Shown here in pieces: positions 29,427 through 39,181 of a stretch of DNA of 64,000 bases. A model generated the notes under the pieces. It ran no database searches. It saw only the letters and a list, made by a program, of their open reading frames with translations, and was not told the origin of the DNA. The position numbers were made by a program, and so were the translations under genes. Origin of the DNA: a virus (lineage: Duplodnaviria; Caudoviricetes); the IMG/VR virus record IMGVR_UViG_3300037313_001869, positions 32,001 to 96,000 of that record, one strand, 5' to 3'. Positions within the stretch are counted from its first letter, which is position 1, and every line of letters starts with the position of its first letter.

Positions 29427-29545
29427 GAGCGGGACGGCCCGCGAGTAAGCCCTCCGGGTTAGGGACCACTGTGCTCACCTCTGTGGATGGTCCCCTGGGG
29501 GTCGGCCGGCTGGCCCGGAGGGCTTTTTCGCGGGCCGTCTTGTTT
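29427..29545 (+). ncRNA. putative structured non-coding RNA
   Basis: Follows CGGTGTA (29417-29423); long stem with G-U pairs plus inner GGGACCA/TGGTCCC hairpin; no credible ORF. Confidence 0.55.
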
Positions 29546-29852
29546 AGAACGGCACGTCGGCAAGATCGTAGGAACCGTCGGACCGAGCCTCCGCGGGGCC
29601 CTCGTTCATGATGGCCTCGCGCTCGTCCCGGTCCACCCGCCAGTCGGGACCGTACATGTAATCCCAGAACTTCTCGATGCTCCCACACCGTCCCGATCCG
29701 CGACGGTGTGGGAAGTGGTACCGGGAGCAGAAGCACGGTTTGCGGTCTTCCCGGACTTTCCGCATCCACCGGCAGAGAGGCCGCGCCGGCCGGCAGCCTG
29801 AGACGTGCTTCGTGGGTCGGCAGAGTATCCGGGAGATCGGGCGGCGAGCCAT
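29544..29852 (-). CDS. small Cys/His/Arg-rich protein
   Basis: CFC..YHFPHRRGSGRC motif. Confidence 0.65.
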   Translation of the reverse strand: MARRPISRILCRPTKHVSGCRPARPLCRWMRKVREDRKPCFCSRYHFPHRRGSGRCGSIEKFWDYMYGPDWRVDRDEREAIMNEGPAEARSDGSYDLADVPF

Positions 29853-29892
29853 GCTTACTAGACCCCGAAAAGAACTCTCGCGAGGAGAAAAC

Positions 29893-30240
29893 ATGTTCGA
29901 CGAAGAACCCGAAGTGCGGACGTTCCTTCCGAGCGCCGAGGTCAAGGCCGAGGTCCTGCGCCAGCTCGCCGAGTTCGAGGCGCTCTACCGGACCCCGAAT
30001 CCTTGGATGAAAGAGGGCCAGCCGGTCCGGCACAAGCTCTATGAGCGTTACGGCGTCATCGCGGCCGTGGGCAACCTCGGATGCCGGATCGACAAGCTCG
30101 TCTACCGGGGAGAGAGGGGGCTTTTCGATCCGCCCTTTGCTCTCTCCGTCTCGCTCGCCGAGGTAGCTATCTGCTGGGAGCCCTACGACCCTTCGGAGCT
30201 GGGCTCGCGGTTCGACAAAGCCTGCCGCGACGGCCTCTTA
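29893..30240 (+). CDS. PW-module protein with RFDK tag (ends at TTA)
   Basis: GAGGAG RBS; PNPWMKEGQ; ends GSRFDKACRDGL then TTA, coinciding with convergent TAA. Confidence 0.7.
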
Positions 30241-30486
30241 GTCCTTGCGGCCGGCCAGGTACTCGAACGCTTCGCGCGAGAAGTCGATCATCTTGGCGAT
30301 GGCCTCGACCCGGGCCTCGTCCGAAGGTGGCTGGGTCTGCCAAGAGGCAAAGAGCCCAGCGAGGGCAAGAGCCCGGCCAGCGAGGTAATCCCCTCGGGCT
30401 GAGTGACGATCGCTCAGCCGATGGGCCAGCTCCTCGGCGCTCGTCCGAAAGAGATCGAACGAACGAGATGGTCGGTTCGAGTCCAC
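30238..30486 (-). CDS. hypothetical protein
   Basis: Helical ORF ending in TAA; start uncertain. Confidence 0.55.
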   Translation of the reverse strand: MDSNRPSRSFDLFRTSAEELAHRLSDRHSARGDYLAGRALALAGLFASWQTQPPSDEARVEAIAKMIDFSREAFEYLAGRKD

Positions 30487-30529
30487 GTTCACCTGAACTG
30501 CATGAGTGCTTTCGGTGTAAGCACCTCTC

Positions 30530-30823
30530 GTGCCCCCCACCGATCGATCCAAGCTCTCCGCCCTTCTCGACTCGCAAAAGCTGACGCCCGACGAGGAGCG
30601 GGCGTTTCGCGACATGATGGACCAGCTTGAAGCTGGCGGCGTGGCGCGGCTCTCGACCAAACAGCGGGAGTGGGTCGACCGCGTCTACCACAAGCTCCAG
30701 CTCGACGCCGAGGAGGGGTCAGCGAACCTCTTCTCCTCGGGCAAGGTCAAGAAGACCGGCAAGGAGACGGTCTACCCCTGGGAAACGGGGCCCAAGCCGC
30801 TCAAGCCGCCGGGCCGGTCTTGA
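30530..30823 (+). CDS. hypothetical protein
   Basis: CGGTGTA 10 nt upstream of GTG; LSTKQREWV. Confidence 0.75.
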   Translation: MPPTDRSKLSALLDSQKLTPDEERAFRDMMDQLEAGGVARLSTKQREWVDRVYHKLQLDAEEGSANLFSSGKVKKTGKETVYPWETGPKPLKPPGRS

Positions 30824-31031
30824 TCGCCTGCATCATGCGCTGGGACATGCTCTCGATCCGCTTGGTCAGGGCAGCCATGACCCCGTCGAGATCCCCTTCC
30901 GCCTCGGCGAGCACCACCCCCGCGACCTGAACCGACCCCGTGTAGAGCCCGCCCTCCTTGCCATGGAGCCGAAGTTCTGCTTGCGGGGTGATGGCTCGGA
31001 TGGCTTCGCACAGGCGTGAGAGAGAGTACAT
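30801..31031 (-). CDS. hypothetical protein
   Basis: AAGGAG RBS before ATG 31031. Confidence 0.65.
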   Translation of the reverse strand: MYSLSRLCEAIRAITPQAELRLHGKEGGLYTGSVQVAGVVLAEAEGDLDGVMAALTKRIESMSQRMMQAIKTGPAA

Positions 31032-31101
31032 GCTTGCTCCTTTTCCCGGGGGTCTGCTGATAAGTGCCTTCCCCGCCGGGAAAACCCTACCATCTTGACA
31101 A

Positions 31102-31542
31102 ATGGAAGTCATGCCTGACTCGAACTCTCCCCCAGCGCCCCCGACGGTACCCCTGGACGAGCCCATCGAAGCATCGTGGGCCACGGCCAAGCAGAGCAAG
31201 GTTCCGCACCTCGACCGTGAGGCGCTGAAGAAGTTCGTGCTCGACTTTCTCGACGGGCGCATCTTCGTGAGCGCGGAAGTCCGGGAGATGTCGCTCTTGC
31301 CGAACATCTTCATGCCCATTGCCTTCGGTGCCCTCGCGGGCTTTACCGAGGAGGACACGAAGGAGGTGGGACTGATCTGGGAGTACCTCGACCGGGCCGG
31401 ACCCCGGGCCATCAACGGCTACCCGATCTTCTCGTCGTGCCGCATCATGCACCGGGACGACTGGGAGAAAGCACACGCAGCCATCAGCAAGGAGATCGAC
31501 CGGCGCAAGGCCGCCGAGGCATCGATCCTGGAGGACCTTTTA
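31102..31542 (+). CDS. hypothetical protein (ends at TTA)
   Basis: AGPRAINGYPIF; in-frame TTA at 31540 overlaps next ATG (TTATG). Confidence 0.75.
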
Positions 31543-32309
31543 TGCTCGTACAAGCCATGACTCCGCGGCTCGTCTGGAACATGCAGGCGTTCCCGCGCAA
31601 CGTCGTCATCCTCACCGAATCCATGCCCGGCGTCTCACGGGGCCGGGTAATGGTCGGCTATACGACCGACTTTCAAGCGGGCCTCGCCGAGACGGCGGCC
31701 ATCGAGCCTCTGCGAGACATTTCGATCCGGGGCTCGGATGCGGTCGTCCACGAGTACGTGGTGCCCTTTCACCTGATCACCGACCTCCGAGGTCGCCTCG
31801 GTTCGACCGACGGCTTCCGGGTCACGGTCGAGTCGGCGCACCGGGGCGAACGAGCTACGTCGGGCTGGCTCGAACGGCGGGTCTCGTTCCTCCACCGCTT
31901 CCCCATCGAGGGTGGGGGCATCGTGCGAATGCGGATCGGGGACATGGAGATGGACTTCGCCAACCCCCACTTCGACCCCAAGGCGGAGCCGCCCGAAATC
32001 GGTCCCGAGGACGAGGTCGCCAGGGTCGAGGGCCAGCGCATGAGCACCCGCAACCTTTCCATCGCCATCGACCGGGTCCACGGGGGCCGGAGCCCGGCAA
32101 CCGTGGCGGCGGCGCAAGCTCGAAGGGAAGCCCGGATCGCCTCGTTTCAACAGAGCTTCCGGGAGGTACCCAGGGACCTCCCGGCCGACGCGGCGAGCAG
32201 GGCCGCCAACTACGAGGCCCAGGAAGCCGCGCTCGCCAACATCCAGACCCCGTCCTTGCCCCCGATCCGGCAGAACCGTTTTGACCGGATCGGGTGGGAC
32301 GACGAGTTA
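31542..32309 (+). CDS. hypothetical protein with RFDR tag (ends at TTA)
   Basis: GGAGG RBS; ends QNRFDRIGWDDE then TTA at 32307, coinciding with convergent TAA. Confidence 0.7.
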
Positions 32310-32870
32310 GCCCGTCCGAAGCGCCGTCTGGACCGCCGCTCGGACGCTCCTCCGGGTCGGCGCCTCCAGCGTGAAGGGGAAGGTGGCCGAGAGCCGGTCG
32401 TCGCCTCGGTCGCCGCCCCAGAGGGTCATCTCGCTCACGGCCCACTGGATCGGGTCGAGGGTCATCTCGTCCACGTCGTCCTCGCATTCTTGGCAGTAGG
32501 CGAGCGTGACATGGGGCTTGTACTCGGGATACTTCGTGTCGTAGGGGGCGCCCACCTCGTCGAAGGCCCGGGTGAGCTTTGCTCGTAGCTGGTGGAGCTG
32601 GGGCGAGTCGATATGGGCGATGAGCGGCATCCCGTCGGGGTTCTTCGGGAAGTTGCCGATCCGGCTCGTGCTCACGAGGAAGGGGTGGCAGGTTCTTGCC
32701 ACCTCGTACGCCGCCTCGATCGCGAGCAGCACCGACTCGATCGGCACGTCCTTGCCGAGGTAGAGAATCGTGATGTGCTTTTCGTCCGACGGAGTCTTCT
32801 CGCCCGGCACGTCGAGCCCGGTCAGAAGACGGGCGGTTTCGTGGGGCACGCGGATTCCGAGAAAGGCCAT
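32307..32870 (-). CDS. 2H phosphoesterase (2'-5' RNA ligase/Acb1-like)
   Basis: Two HxT motifs: KHITILYLG and YKPHVTLAY. Confidence 0.85.
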   Translation of the reverse strand: MAFLGIRVPHETARLLTGLDVPGEKTPSDEKHITILYLGKDVPIESVLLAIEAAYEVARTCHPFLVSTSRIGNFPKNPDGMPLIAHIDSPQLHQLRAKLTRAFDEVGAPYDTKYPEYKPHVTLAYCQECEDDVDEMTLDPIQWAVSEMTLWGGDRGDDRLSATFPFTLEAPTRRSVRAAVQTALRTG

Positions 32871-32904
32871 GGAGCTACTTGTCCTTGAGTTACAAGCGAA
32901 AAGG

Positions 32905-33453
32905 TCAGACGCGCTCGAAACGGGTGGGTGCGTCTGACGTGGTGGGCTCGCTTGGGGCCCCGCTGCGGAGGGTCTCCGGAGGGAGAACCTCGAAGAAGTC
33001 AAAGACCGATGGGTCGAGCGCGAGAACGCGGCTCTCCGAGAGGACCGGGTAGACCGGGGGCACGACGCTCTCGACCGTAAAGAGGCGAGCCTCTCGGTTG
33101 ATATGAACGACGCGCATCCGGCAGCCGGTGTGGTCCTGCAACACGTCCCCCACGTACACCGGCACGTCTCCGGGGACGTGGGCAGGGTAGGGGTCCGGTT
33201 CGGTAGGTCCCCACATTGCAAGGAACACCTCCCAAGGGTACTCGACCGTCTCGGGCATTCCGTCCTCGTCCATCACCACCAGCTCGATCCGGGTGATCGG
33301 CGTAGCCCCGAGATGGGCTACTTCGTGGATCTGGACGATGCGCGCGTACCGTTCTTCGCCAGGGACCCGGGACCTCACGAGCACGTTGGGGTTCGCCCAA
33401 AGGCTCGGGTCCGGGTCGGTCGAAGGTTCCGGAGGGTCGGAGGGATCGGGCAT
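32905..33453 (-). CDS. two-module SH3-like protein with RFER tag
   Basis: Ends APTRFERV. Confidence 0.75.
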   Translation of the reverse strand: MPDPSDPPEPSTDPDPSLWANPNVLVRSRVPGEERYARIVQIHEVAHLGATPITRIELVVMDEDGMPETVEYPWEVFLAMWGPTEPDPYPAHVPGDVPVYVGDVLQDHTGCRMRVVHINREARLFTVESVVPPVYPVLSESRVLALDPSVFDFFEVLPPETLRSGAPSEPTTSDAPTRFERV

Positions 33454-33512
33454 CGCGCACCCAGATCCCCGGCTTTGGAAGTTTAGCGACGCCCGGGCGG
33501 TGTTATAGCGGG

Positions 33513-33878
33513 GTGATGCTCGGACTTTACATCGGTCTCGGGATCACGTCGGCGCTGTTGATCCTCGTGATCTTCAAGCTCATCGACCTTGAAAGCAAGC
33601 TGTTCGGAGTAAGCGAGCGGCAGAGGATCGATTACGAGTACGCAAAAACCCTGTTCTCCGATCACGCCGATCGCCTCCATCGGGCCGAGTCCCGGATCGG
33701 AAGGCACGACCAGCAGTTCGAGACCGTCGACCGGTCCCTCGACAACGACGCAGTGCGTCTTGCCGACCTCGAACAGGCCACGAAAAAACGCCGGAAGGGG
33801 CCCCCTCATCTCACACTTGTCTCGACAAATGACGACGAGTCCGACAAGCCCGGCACCACACGGTTTGACAAGTTTTGA
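33513..33878 (+). CDS. membrane-anchored coiled-coil protein with RFDK tag
   Basis: N-terminal hydrophobic helix; ends TTRFDKF. Confidence 0.75.
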   Translation: MMLGLYIGLGITSALLILVIFKLIDLESKLFGVSERQRIDYEYAKTLFSDHADRLHRAESRIGRHDQQFETVDRSLDNDAVRLADLEQATKKRRKGPPHLTLVSTNDDESDKPGTTRFDKF

Positions 33879-33976
33879 GCGCTTAGGTAGGCTTTGCGGT
33901 TAGGTCGGCGGCCTAGGCACCTGGGGGCACCTCGCTCTCTCGCCCGGCAGCTTGTGCCTAGGAAGGTCTCTAGCCC

Positions 33977-34204
33977 ATGCCCGTCGCGCACAAGTATGCT
34001 GCCCCGTCCGCCGCCTACGTTGCCCTGAAGAGCGTCGACCCGGATGAGATGCTCATGTGGATCTTCGAGGTGAGCAAGGGGCAGAGCTTCCCGCTCCCCG
34101 TCGAGATCGGGGGGGAGGTCCACGTCTTCGACTCGCTGGCCTCGATGGTCGGCTTCGCGCGTGGTCTTCGATGTGCCCAGGAGACGCACGGCGTCTCTCC
34201 CTGA
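33977..34204 (+). CDS. hypothetical protein
   Basis: GGAAGG RBS. Confidence 0.6.
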   Translation: MPVAHKYAAPSAAYVALKSVDPDEMLMWIFEVSKGQSFPLPVEIGGEVHVFDSLASMVGFARGLRCAQETHGVSP

Positions 34205-34223
34205 GCCGGTGTAGGGGCTTCGC

Positions 34224-34592
34224 ATGAGCGAGCCTAACTACCGCGACCTTCTCGTCAATATGAGCCCGCAGGGGGCCGATACTCTGAGGGGTATCGCAGA
34301 GCTTCACGTCAAAGCGGCGCGCATCGCGGGCTACGTGGCCTTCACGACGGAAGAGGCACGTACTCTCCGCGGGCGACTCCGGGATCTCCGTGGGGACGAT
34401 CTCCACTACGTCCTGATGCGCCTCCCCTCGCACCTCAACCAGGGGCTCCGGGAGTTCTTCGAGGCCGAGGAGCAGTTCCGCAAGGGCGAGATCCTCGATT
34501 GGGTGCCTCGGGGGCTCAGGCCGTCGCACGAGCCGGACTTGCTCTTCATCCGGCTCGCCACGGTCCCTTCCCCTGCATCGTCGGATTCCTGA
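34224..34592 (+). CDS. hypothetical protein
   Basis: CGGTGTA 10 nt upstream. Confidence 0.7.
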   Translation: MSEPNYRDLLVNMSPQGADTLRGIAELHVKAARIAGYVAFTTEEARTLRGRLRDLRGDDLHYVLMRLPSHLNQGLREFFEAEEQFRKGEILDWVPRGLRPSHEPDLLFIRLATVPSPASSDS

Positions 34593-34598
34593 CTTCGC

Positions 34599-35072
34599 TA
34601 AGGATTCGTCGACAGTGCAGAGCTTTCGCCCGGTAGCCCTGAGGCCCTTTTGCTGGGGCATGTTTGCCTCATGGGGCGCTTTGGCACTGGACAGGTTACC
34701 AGCCCTCTCGGAGTCCTTCTCCGGCATGACCTGGGCAAGCACCGGCACCGGTCCCGATTCGGCGGGTCGACCGATGAGGGGCATCGTCTCCTCGCCCATC
34801 TTCGCTCGCGTCGCCTTCTCGGCGAGCATCATCGCCAGGTTGCCGATGATCACCGTCTTGGTGAAGAACTCGTGCGGCTTCGTCACCGGGTCGGTCTCCT
34901 TCAGGCTTGCAACCTTGGCTTCGAGCTGCTTCACGAGCTTCTCGGTGGGGAGGTTCACCCAGTTGGCCGGATCGTCGTAGCCCTCCATTTGGAGCTTCGC
35001 CTCCATGACCACCGCGAAAGCGGCCACTTCGGGACACACGGCCATACCCAGCGTCTTCGATTTGTTCTGCAT
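34599..35072 (-). CDS. hypothetical phage protein (ends at TTA)
   Basis: FAVVMEAKL...IGNLAMML; in-frame TTA 6 nt from the convergent gene's stop. Confidence 0.7.
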
Positions 35073-35250
35073 ATTCCCTCTTCGGTCAGGTGGGAAGGAG
35101 CGTGCCGCCCGACCGAACCGGCCGGGCGTTATGCACGTTTGGGGCCATTGGTAGCATTGCCCGTCCTGTTACGATCCGTATCGTATTTTTACGGCACAGA
35201 TCGCCCCTCCCCCAAGCTTTCGAGAAACTACTGAAGAGTGGTTCAGGGGT

Positions 35251-35637
35251 ATGACGAAGCGCCCTTGCAAGGTCTGCCGGAGCGAGATCGACGACAGCCC
35301 TTTCACTGATGAGATGATCACCCTGTTCGAGCAGGCCGAGGCGTGTGACGACCCCGAGCGCCGAACCGAGATGGTCTTCGAGCTGGCGCGGCTCTTTGTC
35401 GATGCGGCGTCGGAGTCCGATACGGTGGTCCCCGATGACCTCCACGAGACCATTCAGGCTGCCCTTCAAGCCCATATGAAGTGGCGTGCCAGCATGATGC
35501 GCGTGGGCCGTGTCGTTATTCGGTCCTTGCAGGATATGAAGGAGAATCCGGAGATGTGGGACCATCTGCGGGGCCACTCCAAAACGCCTACGCCTTCGGT
35601 AGGGCCGAGCAAAAAGGGCAAGGGTCCGACCAACTAG
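35251..35637 (+). CDS. hypothetical protein
   Basis: CKVC N-terminus; CTAG convergent overlap. Confidence 0.7.
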   Translation: MTKRPCKVCRSEIDDSPFTDEMITLFEQAEACDDPERRTEMVFELARLFVDAASESDTVVPDDLHETIQAALQAHMKWRASMMRVGRVVIRSLQDMKENPEMWDHLRGHSKTPTPSVGPSKKGKGPTN

Positions 35638-36194
35638 AGGGTATCCCTTTCGAGAACCCGGCTCATCCGGGTCCAGGTACCGTGGGCGTGCCGCAGTGCG
35701 GCAATCAGCCTAACACACTCCTCGGCCGTGAACGAGCCCAAACTCCACCGCGCCTGAGGAATGGCTTCCTGGGAACACCAGTCGAGAAACCACCGCCTCG
35801 ACTCGGATACGGCCTCGTCGTCGAATGGGTCGCGGTCCTCGGGTGGGGCAAACGCCACACGAGGAACAAGTAGCTTGTAGGCTTCTTTTCGGAGCGCTCG
35901 GGTCCTGGCGTCGACCGGAGTGCCTACCGGCGAGCCATCGTCAAGAGCGGCTACGCTGCCCCGGCACGAAGTCTCCTCCCACCGAGAACAACCGTAAAAA
36001 AGGCCGTGTTTTCCGGACTTGAGGGTCAACATAGACCCGCAGTCGGGGCACGGGAGGTCGGTTCGCCGACCCGGAAGCATGGAACTCAGGGACCGAACGA
36101 GCTGGAGGAGCCGGGGGAACTTGTGTGCCAGGTCCGGGTCCAGATCGAGTCCGATGTCCTCTGCCATGAGGGGTCTATACCCCGGGACCTTCAA
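35634..36194 (-). CDS. topoisomerase-type C4 zinc-ribbon protein
   Basis: CPDCGSML...GLFYGCSRW...CRG. Confidence 0.75.
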   Translation of the reverse strand: MKVPGYRPLMAEDIGLDLDPDLAHKFPRLLQLVRSLSSMLPGRRTDLPCPDCGSMLTLKSGKHGLFYGCSRWEETSCRGSVAALDDGSPVGTPVDARTRALRKEAYKLLVPRVAFAPPEDRDPFDDEAVSESRRWFLDWCSQEAIPQARWSLGSFTAEECVRLIAALRHAHGTWTRMSRVLERDTL

Positions 36195-36826
36195 TCATCG
36201 TTGAGGATTTTGCTCCACCGATCCGATTCCGAACGCAACGAACTTGAGGTTTCTTCTCCTTTCTTACGATGCCAGGTCAGGAAGGGGTCGCTTGAAGGGT
36301 GATAGCTCATCGAAAGCCCCGTATGAGCGTGGTTGTCGTAGTGAAGTTCGACCCACCCCCCATTCCGGATTGACCCCAGGTAGTTGAACACCTCTCCGGG
36401 CCCTGCGAGCGGAGCCATCCCCCGGTTGGCCACGATCTCTGCCCCCGGTTCGACCTGGATGCGAAGCTCCAGGTACCGGTCCCCTTCTCCGTACCAGCGA
36501 GGCGAGAGACGGACGAAGCGGTCAGAGCAGTAGAAGACTTCGCCTACGCCTCCGGCTAGGCAGACGGTGCGGACTTCCAGCTCACTGCCGACTCGACAGT
36601 GTCTCGCCGGCAAGCTCGTGTGGAGGGACGCCCTGCCTTCTCCGTCGGGCGTGAAGGGGAGCGCCTTACGGCCGCGTTTGCCGACTTGGTAGAGAACCCC
36701 GTCGGCCCCTCCCTCATTCTCCTGAAAGGACAGATGGCGCGTCCGGATCTTCAGGATGGGCTCGATATCGTCGAGCGTGGGTGCGATTGTGATGAGGCTC
36801 TCATCGAGAGCCAGGTGGATGCTCAT
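36191..36826 (-). CDS. hypothetical protein
   Basis: Packed ORF; ends SDRWSKILNDD. Confidence 0.65.
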   Translation of the reverse strand: MSIHLALDESLITIAPTLDDIEPILKIRTRHLSFQENEGGADGVLYQVGKRGRKALPFTPDGEGRASLHTSLPARHCRVGSELEVRTVCLAGGVGEVFYCSDRFVRLSPRWYGEGDRYLELRIQVEPGAEIVANRGMAPLAGPGEVFNYLGSIRNGGWVELHYDNHAHTGLSMSYHPSSDPFLTWHRKKGEETSSSLRSESDRWSKILNDD

Positions 36827-36890
36827 ACAGAAGTCGTCGTACAGACAGACCAAACATCCCGGCCTGGCACTCCGCACAAGCCACCCCAGA

Positions 36891-37778
36891 TCAAGCGTCC
36901 TGGAGGAGACGTACGAGTGGCGGACAGCGTCGCTTGATCCGTTTCTCCTCGGTCTTTGTCCGATGCCAGCCAACCACTAGCCCGATCGGGCTCCCGAGCG
37001 CGGCCCACTTCGAGGCGGCCGAGAGCAGTACGTAGAGGTCGTCCATGCCTCTGCGGGCCTCAATGTCTTCGAGCCCGTCGAGCACGACGACGAGCGACCC
37101 GATCAGCCGGTTGTGTCTCGCGAGGGCGAGCAGAAAGAGCAGGGCCTCGATCCGGTCTCCGTCGTCGAGGCGGTCGAGGGGGCCCGAGAGAATCGCGTCG
37201 TGCGCTTGCGCTTCCTCCCCTTGCAGCCACCGAACCAAGGTCTCGAAGGTGCTTCGCGCGGCTTGTTGCTCCCGCTCACCCATGGCCACGGCGTAACGAA
37301 GGTCCCCGAGCAAGGCCATGGCTTGTGCGTAGACCGAGTGTCGTCGATCCGCGAGGTCGAAGAGCTGCTCGGGTCGGGCAAGGTGGTTCACAACCCCGAG
37401 GCCCCAGAGGAGCTGCCAGCCCTCAATCCCAGGGGGCAGCCCTGCCACGTAGGACTCGGGCTCGCGGCACTCGATCGGAACCGGGCATCGCCGAAAGGCC
37501 GCTGTCAGAAAGTCAGCGCTGCGCCCTCTCCAAGAAGGGTCAGCCGAGAAGAAGGCCACAGTCCCAGGGCTGAAGATGGCTTCTTCCCGGGCGACCCTTT
37601 GGTAGAGTGCGTCTCGATCTCGCTGCTGACCGGTAACGAGCAGAAACGGCCGAGACCCTTCGCCGATCCTTCGCGACCACGCCACCGTCTCGTGCAAGAC
37701 GGCCGTTTCGATGATCGAAGGAAAGGGCCGAGCGCCCCGCAGGTCTTCCCAGTAGTCCTCCACGTCGAGCTTCGGCAT
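36891..37778 (-). CDS. hypothetical protein (possible degenerate P-loop fold)
   Basis: LVVVLDGLE is Walker-B-like; no clear Walker A. Confidence 0.65.
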   Translation of the reverse strand: MPKLDVEDYWEDLRGARPFPSIIETAVLHETVAWSRRIGEGSRPFLLVTGQQRDRDALYQRVAREEAIFSPGTVAFFSADPSWRGRSADFLTAAFRRCPVPIECREPESYVAGLPPGIEGWQLLWGLGVVNHLARPEQLFDLADRRHSVYAQAMALLGDLRYAVAMGEREQQAARSTFETLVRWLQGEEAQAHDAILSGPLDRLDDGDRIEALLFLLALARHNRLIGSLVVVLDGLEDIEARRGMDDLYVLLSAASKWAALGSPIGLVVGWHRTKTEEKRIKRRCPPLVRLLQDA

Positions 37779-38368
37779 AACGGGCCAAGCGTCTCATCGA
37801 GAAAGAAGCGCATCGGCTTTCGGAGTTGCGGCGAGTAGAAGTCGACCGCAATCCGGCCGTCTACCTCCCGGACCACTCGGTAGTTGTCGAGCTTACCATC
37901 GCGTCGATGGCTTTCGAGGGCGAGAAGCCCGTGGTAGCCCAGCATCACACCGGAGAGGTTTGCGAGCGACCGGTCGAGAAGGGTTCGGGGCAGGGCTCGC
38001 ACGAGCGCTTGGATCTCCGCCGGGGTCATCCCATCAGCGCTCGCCATGAGGCAGCCGAAGAGTCCGCGGGCCTCGGACGCTTGCGCCTTCTTCCACTGAA
38101 CAAAGAAGGTCGAGGCCCCGGCCGAGATCATGGCGGCGAGCATCTCGCTCGTCACAGGCTGCCCGTCGTATTGCTGGAACTTGGCCTTCAGCTCCTCGAC
38201 CGTGGCGTGGTGGGCCTTGTCGTAGAGAACGAAGTCGTCGTGCTCCGGGGGCAACACCGCCGAAGGTGGAGGAGCGGGCCGGTTTCGGAGGTCTTCCCAG
38301 AACTCCTCGGTGCCAAAGCCCGGGTCTTCCTTCGACGCCCGCTCGATCGCGTCGAGCGTGGGTTTCAC
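37778..38368 (-). CDS. hypothetical protein (ends at TTA)
   Basis: GTGA start overlap; in-frame TTA overlaps next ATG (TTATG). Confidence 0.7.
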
Positions 38369-38820
38369 GCGAGCCTCGGCCCCAGCCACGGGGGCAAAAA
38401 GAGGTCGGTCTTGTCGAAGCCGCTCGCGATCCAGAGTGAAGGCTCGTTCGGGACCTGCCAGGGCCGGGGAATACCCTTGAATCGATCGAAGCCCCCCTCG
38501 ATGAACCGGAACTGCGCGTCTCGCTTCTCGCCCTCCCACCCGAGGGCCTCGGCGCTCGCGAGCAGGGCTCGGGATCGTTCGAGCGTCCAGTCTCGCATGA
38601 GCGGGGCCACGAAAAAGAAGATGGGCCCCTGGTAGCGAAGCGCAAACGAGAGACCGAGCACGAGCGTGGCGTCGGTCTTGTCCTCGTCACGCGCCCGACA
38701 AGAGAAGCCTCGCTTCTCCCCTTCGGCCTCAAAGAGGACTCGTTCGGCCTCGGTTAGGGCCTTTGAGGAGAGAAGCTGGTGGGCGTAGTAAAGCGCCTTC
38801 TGGTGTGGGCTCGGGGTCAT
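38365..38820 (-). CDS. hypothetical protein
   Basis: CGGTGTA motif 15 nt upstream of ATG 38820. Confidence 0.7.
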   Translation of the reverse strand: MTPSPHQKALYYAHQLLSSKALTEAERVLFEAEGEKRGFSCRARDEDKTDATLVLGLSFALRYQGPIFFFVAPLMRDWTLERSRALLASAEALGWEGEKRDAQFRFIEGGFDRFKGIPRPWQVPNEPSLWIASGFDKTDLFLPPWLGPRLA

Positions 38821-38865
38821 GGCGGCAGGCTTCTCTACACCGAACCGGTGTAGGACCCCCACGGG

Positions 38866-39117
38866 TAACGACGGCCGGGGCCAGGGGCTCACGGTCATGT
38901 TGACCACGGGCAGGTGCCTCGTAGCGTCCCATTCGGCGTGGGCGGAGACGAGAGCTTGCTGGGCATAGGGGGTGGCGTCGAGCATCGCCAGAAACACCCT
39001 CCAGCCCTGGAGGTCGTCTCCCGTCGGGTAGCGATCGTAGGCCAGAACGTGCTGCGCCAGGTCCCCAACCATATCGCTTCGGTGGACCTGGACGCTGAGC
39101 CATCGGACGAAAGACAT
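38866..39117 (-). CDS. YozE-like (SAM-like) protein (ends at TTA)
   Basis: SFVRWL..Q..R.D.VGDLA...D..YP; GGAGG RBS; in-frame TTA at 38868-38866. Confidence 0.65.
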
Positions 39118-39181
39118 GTGCGGCACCTCCACCCCAAGCCGGCCGCATAGCTGCACTATAGAGGGCAGGGGGCGGGTACCG

